From Hydrolagus colliei (lineage: Eukaryota): DNA of 64,000 nt. The notes beneath the pieces are model-generated. The model searched no databases. It worked only from the letters and a program-made list of their open reading frames with translations, and had not been told where the DNA came from. Numbering within the stretch: the stretch's first letter is position 1; every line of letters begins with the position of its first letter. The position numbers and the translations under genes are program-made. The stretch spans positions 73,346,001 to 73,410,000 of the forward strand of contig CM068744.1 in assembly GCA_035084275.1 (NCBI GenBank). The letters are read 5' to 3'. Positions 61,967 to 64,000 of this stretch are shown in pieces.

Positions 61967-62271
61967 ATTAATTCAGACTTCAGACTACATAAAAATAAGT
62001 GGCATTTTGTGGCTGTAAGTGTTATTTTTGTGTGTGAGAGAGTTAGAAGCCAGATTATCACTGCTTCTATGTGTGTGTCTAGTCAGACACACACAGCAGT
62101 GATAATCTGGCTTCTAACTCTAACAGTCAGACTGTCTGTCTCTCTCTTTTCTATTGTAATAGATCTCATTTACACGTGGACATTACATGCTAGTTTCAAG
62201 CAAGAAATGGAGGAGAATAAATCTCTAGATTTTGTTTTTGGTGTGTGTGTGTTCTATTTTGTGTTTAGAGA

Positions 62272-62895
62272 TGGAGGGAGAGAAGGAGAGAGGAAGAGAG
62301 GAGAGGGAGGGAGAGAATGAGAGGGGGAAAGGAGGGAGAGAAGGAGCGAGGGGAAAGGAGAGAGAGAAGGAGAGAGGGGAGGGAGAGAATGAGAGGGGGA
62401 AAGGAGGGAGAGAAGGAGAGAGGGGAGGGAGGGAGAGAAGGAGAGGGGGAAAGTTGGGAGAGAAGGAGAGAGGAAGAGAGAAGGAGAGGGTGAAAGGAGG
62501 GAGAGAAGGAGCGAGGGGAAAGGAGGGAGAGAAGGAGAGAGGGAGAGAAGGAGAGGGGGAAAGGAGGGAGAGAAGGAGCGAGGGGANNNNNNNNNNNNNN
62601 NNNNNNNNNNNNNNNNNNNNNNNNNNNNNNNNNNNNNNNNNNNNNNNNNNNNNNNNNNNNNNNNNNNNNNNNNNNNNNNNNNNNNNNNNNNNNNNNNNNN
62701 NNNNNNNNNNNNNNNNNNNNNNNNNNNNNNNNNNNNNNNNNNNNNNNNNNNNNNNNNNNNNNNNNNNNNNNNNNNNNNNNNNNNNNNNNNNNNNNNNNNN
62801 NNNNNNNNNNNNNNNNNNNNNNNNNNNNNNNNNNNNNNNNNNNNNNNNNNNNNNNAGAAGGGGAGAGGAGGGAGAGAAGGAGAGGGGGAGGTAGA
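62272..62895. repeat. Polypurine (GGAGGGAGAGAAGGAG-type) minisatellite inside hAT copy 3, spanning an assembly gap
   Basis: Almost pure G/A tandem units on both sides of the N run. Confidence 0.9.
62587..62855. other. Assembly gap (269 N)
   Basis: Run of N. Confidence 0.99.
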
Positions 62896-64000
62896 GAGCA
62901 AACAACATCGTATAATTCAACAGACATTGACACCAACATTACAAACTTTCTGGACCTAGAGCACGCATTTCGAAATGTGCGTGCACCGCGACTGCGCGCG
63001 CATCGTCAGTGCGGACGCACCGTCAATGTGCGCGCACCGCGACTGAGCGCGCACCATAAATGCACGCGCGCCATCAATGCACGCGCACTTCGAATGCACG
63101 CGCATGCGCAGTATAAAAACTCGATAGATCGGTTTAAGCAGGTATGAGCAAACCGATATATCCATATCCGGAAAAATCCCATATCGCCGTTCCCTACTGT
63201 GTTGGATAATCAAGTTGCAAGTTGCTGAAAACCAAACACAAAAAATTTACTTATTTTAATATGTAGCATATTAATAAAATACCAAATAATAACAGAATAT
63301 TGTATGGATACTTACCAATAAAGATTCCACCACACTCAGTAAAATAATCGGTAAAACAGCATTTTTCACCGATCGGTAAAAACCCAGAATTCGTAAGTTT
63401 AATAAATGCGCATGCACGCACATTGCACACATGCGCAAAGTGGGCATACTCGCAATTGCTGGAATGGGGAATTGCTCCGGAGGGTCACGCAATCCGGTTG
63501 ATTGGGTCACGGATAAACAGGCTTTTACTATACAACCATTTGACTTGAGTTTCTCCCAGTATCCTGGCCAACAATCTTCCCCAAAATAAAATTGGCCACT
63601 CACTCTTTGGCTATTTAACATTGCTGTGTAGAAATTGACTGCCATGTTCGCCCACAAATGACACAGTCATATATGCTACAGTACATTTTGCGAGGCACTT
63701 GAAAGATGCTGTATCGAATGTAAGTATGTAGTAGTGTTGTTGTTTTTATTATTAGCCCCGTTTGTGCCTTGTCTGACATGAAAACCTGCTGCCAGATTTA
63801 GTCAGCCTGCCCTTTCATAACAATGCTGTGGTGATGGTTGTTGTGACCTAGCACTCTCCCTACTGGAAATAAATACAGAGTTGGGATTCGTGAGGAGTAG
63901 CACTTTGTACCGTTGTCTGCAGCAAGGGAGTGGTGGGAGAGGTTCTCTGTATTCCATTTTCTGAGACACTAAACTGAGCTGCTTGGGAGTTCACGCAGAG

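Larger units (their letters stand above)
61228..63196 (+). mobile_element. hAT transposon deletion derivative, copy 3, retaining the transposase N-terminus
   Basis: 8-bp TSD CTGTGTTG (61220-61227, 63197-63204). TIR TAGGGAACGGCGAT as in copy 2. Ends homologous to copies 1 and 2 in reverse orientation. Confidence 0.93.
61172..63530. mobile_element. Tc1/mariner-pogo (Tigger-like) MITE, about 380 bp when empty, interrupted by hAT copy 3
   Basis: TIRs CAGTAAAAGCCCGTTTATCC (61172-61191) and GGATAAACAGGCTTTTACTA (63511-63530), 18/20 match. TA flanks both sides. Confidence 0.8.

Noticed and set aside
62225-62939. Long ORFs across the gap
   Set aside because: Artefacts of a purine repeat plus N bases.
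60664-64000. CRIM1 exon 12 (VWC4)
   Set aside because: Not seen before the window end. The N gap is flanked by transposon minisatellite, so it is unlikely to hide the exon.

Overview
Vertebrate genomic DNA containing nine consecutive + strand coding exons of CRIM1 (cysteine-rich transmembrane BMP regulator 1). All have AG/GT boundaries and compatible phases. They splice into 1485 nt of open frame encoding the Cys-rich region after the IGFBP domain, VWC1, VWC2, four antistasin-like repeats and VWC3. By my recall of the human gene these are exons 3-11; exons 1-2 and 12 onward lie outside the window. The repeats (tRNA-headed SINEs with L2-type tails, Deu-type SINEs, L2 and CR1 LINE fragments, a Penelope-type hairpin) point to a cartilaginous fish, probably a chimaera such as Callorhinchus; this is inference. 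Almost all ORFs in the track are spurious or transposon-derived. I see no evidence of a new multi-gene system. The most unusual items are: (1) a young hAT family, three copies with 8-bp TSDs, carrying expanded purine/pyrimidine minisatellites and YY1/NRF1 motifs, one copy with a BED-finger ORF and an 83-nt hairpin nested in a Tigger-like MITE; (2) a 200-bp palindromic element with a 13-bp TSD and a hammerhead-ribozyme-like core; (3) retroelement sequence touching or resembling real CRIM1 splice sites; (4) inverted SINE pairs around exons 3-6; (5) two CRIM1 protein differences, PGD in place of RGD and an extra Cys in VWC2. Repeat family names are from recall, and boundaries of old repeats are approximate.
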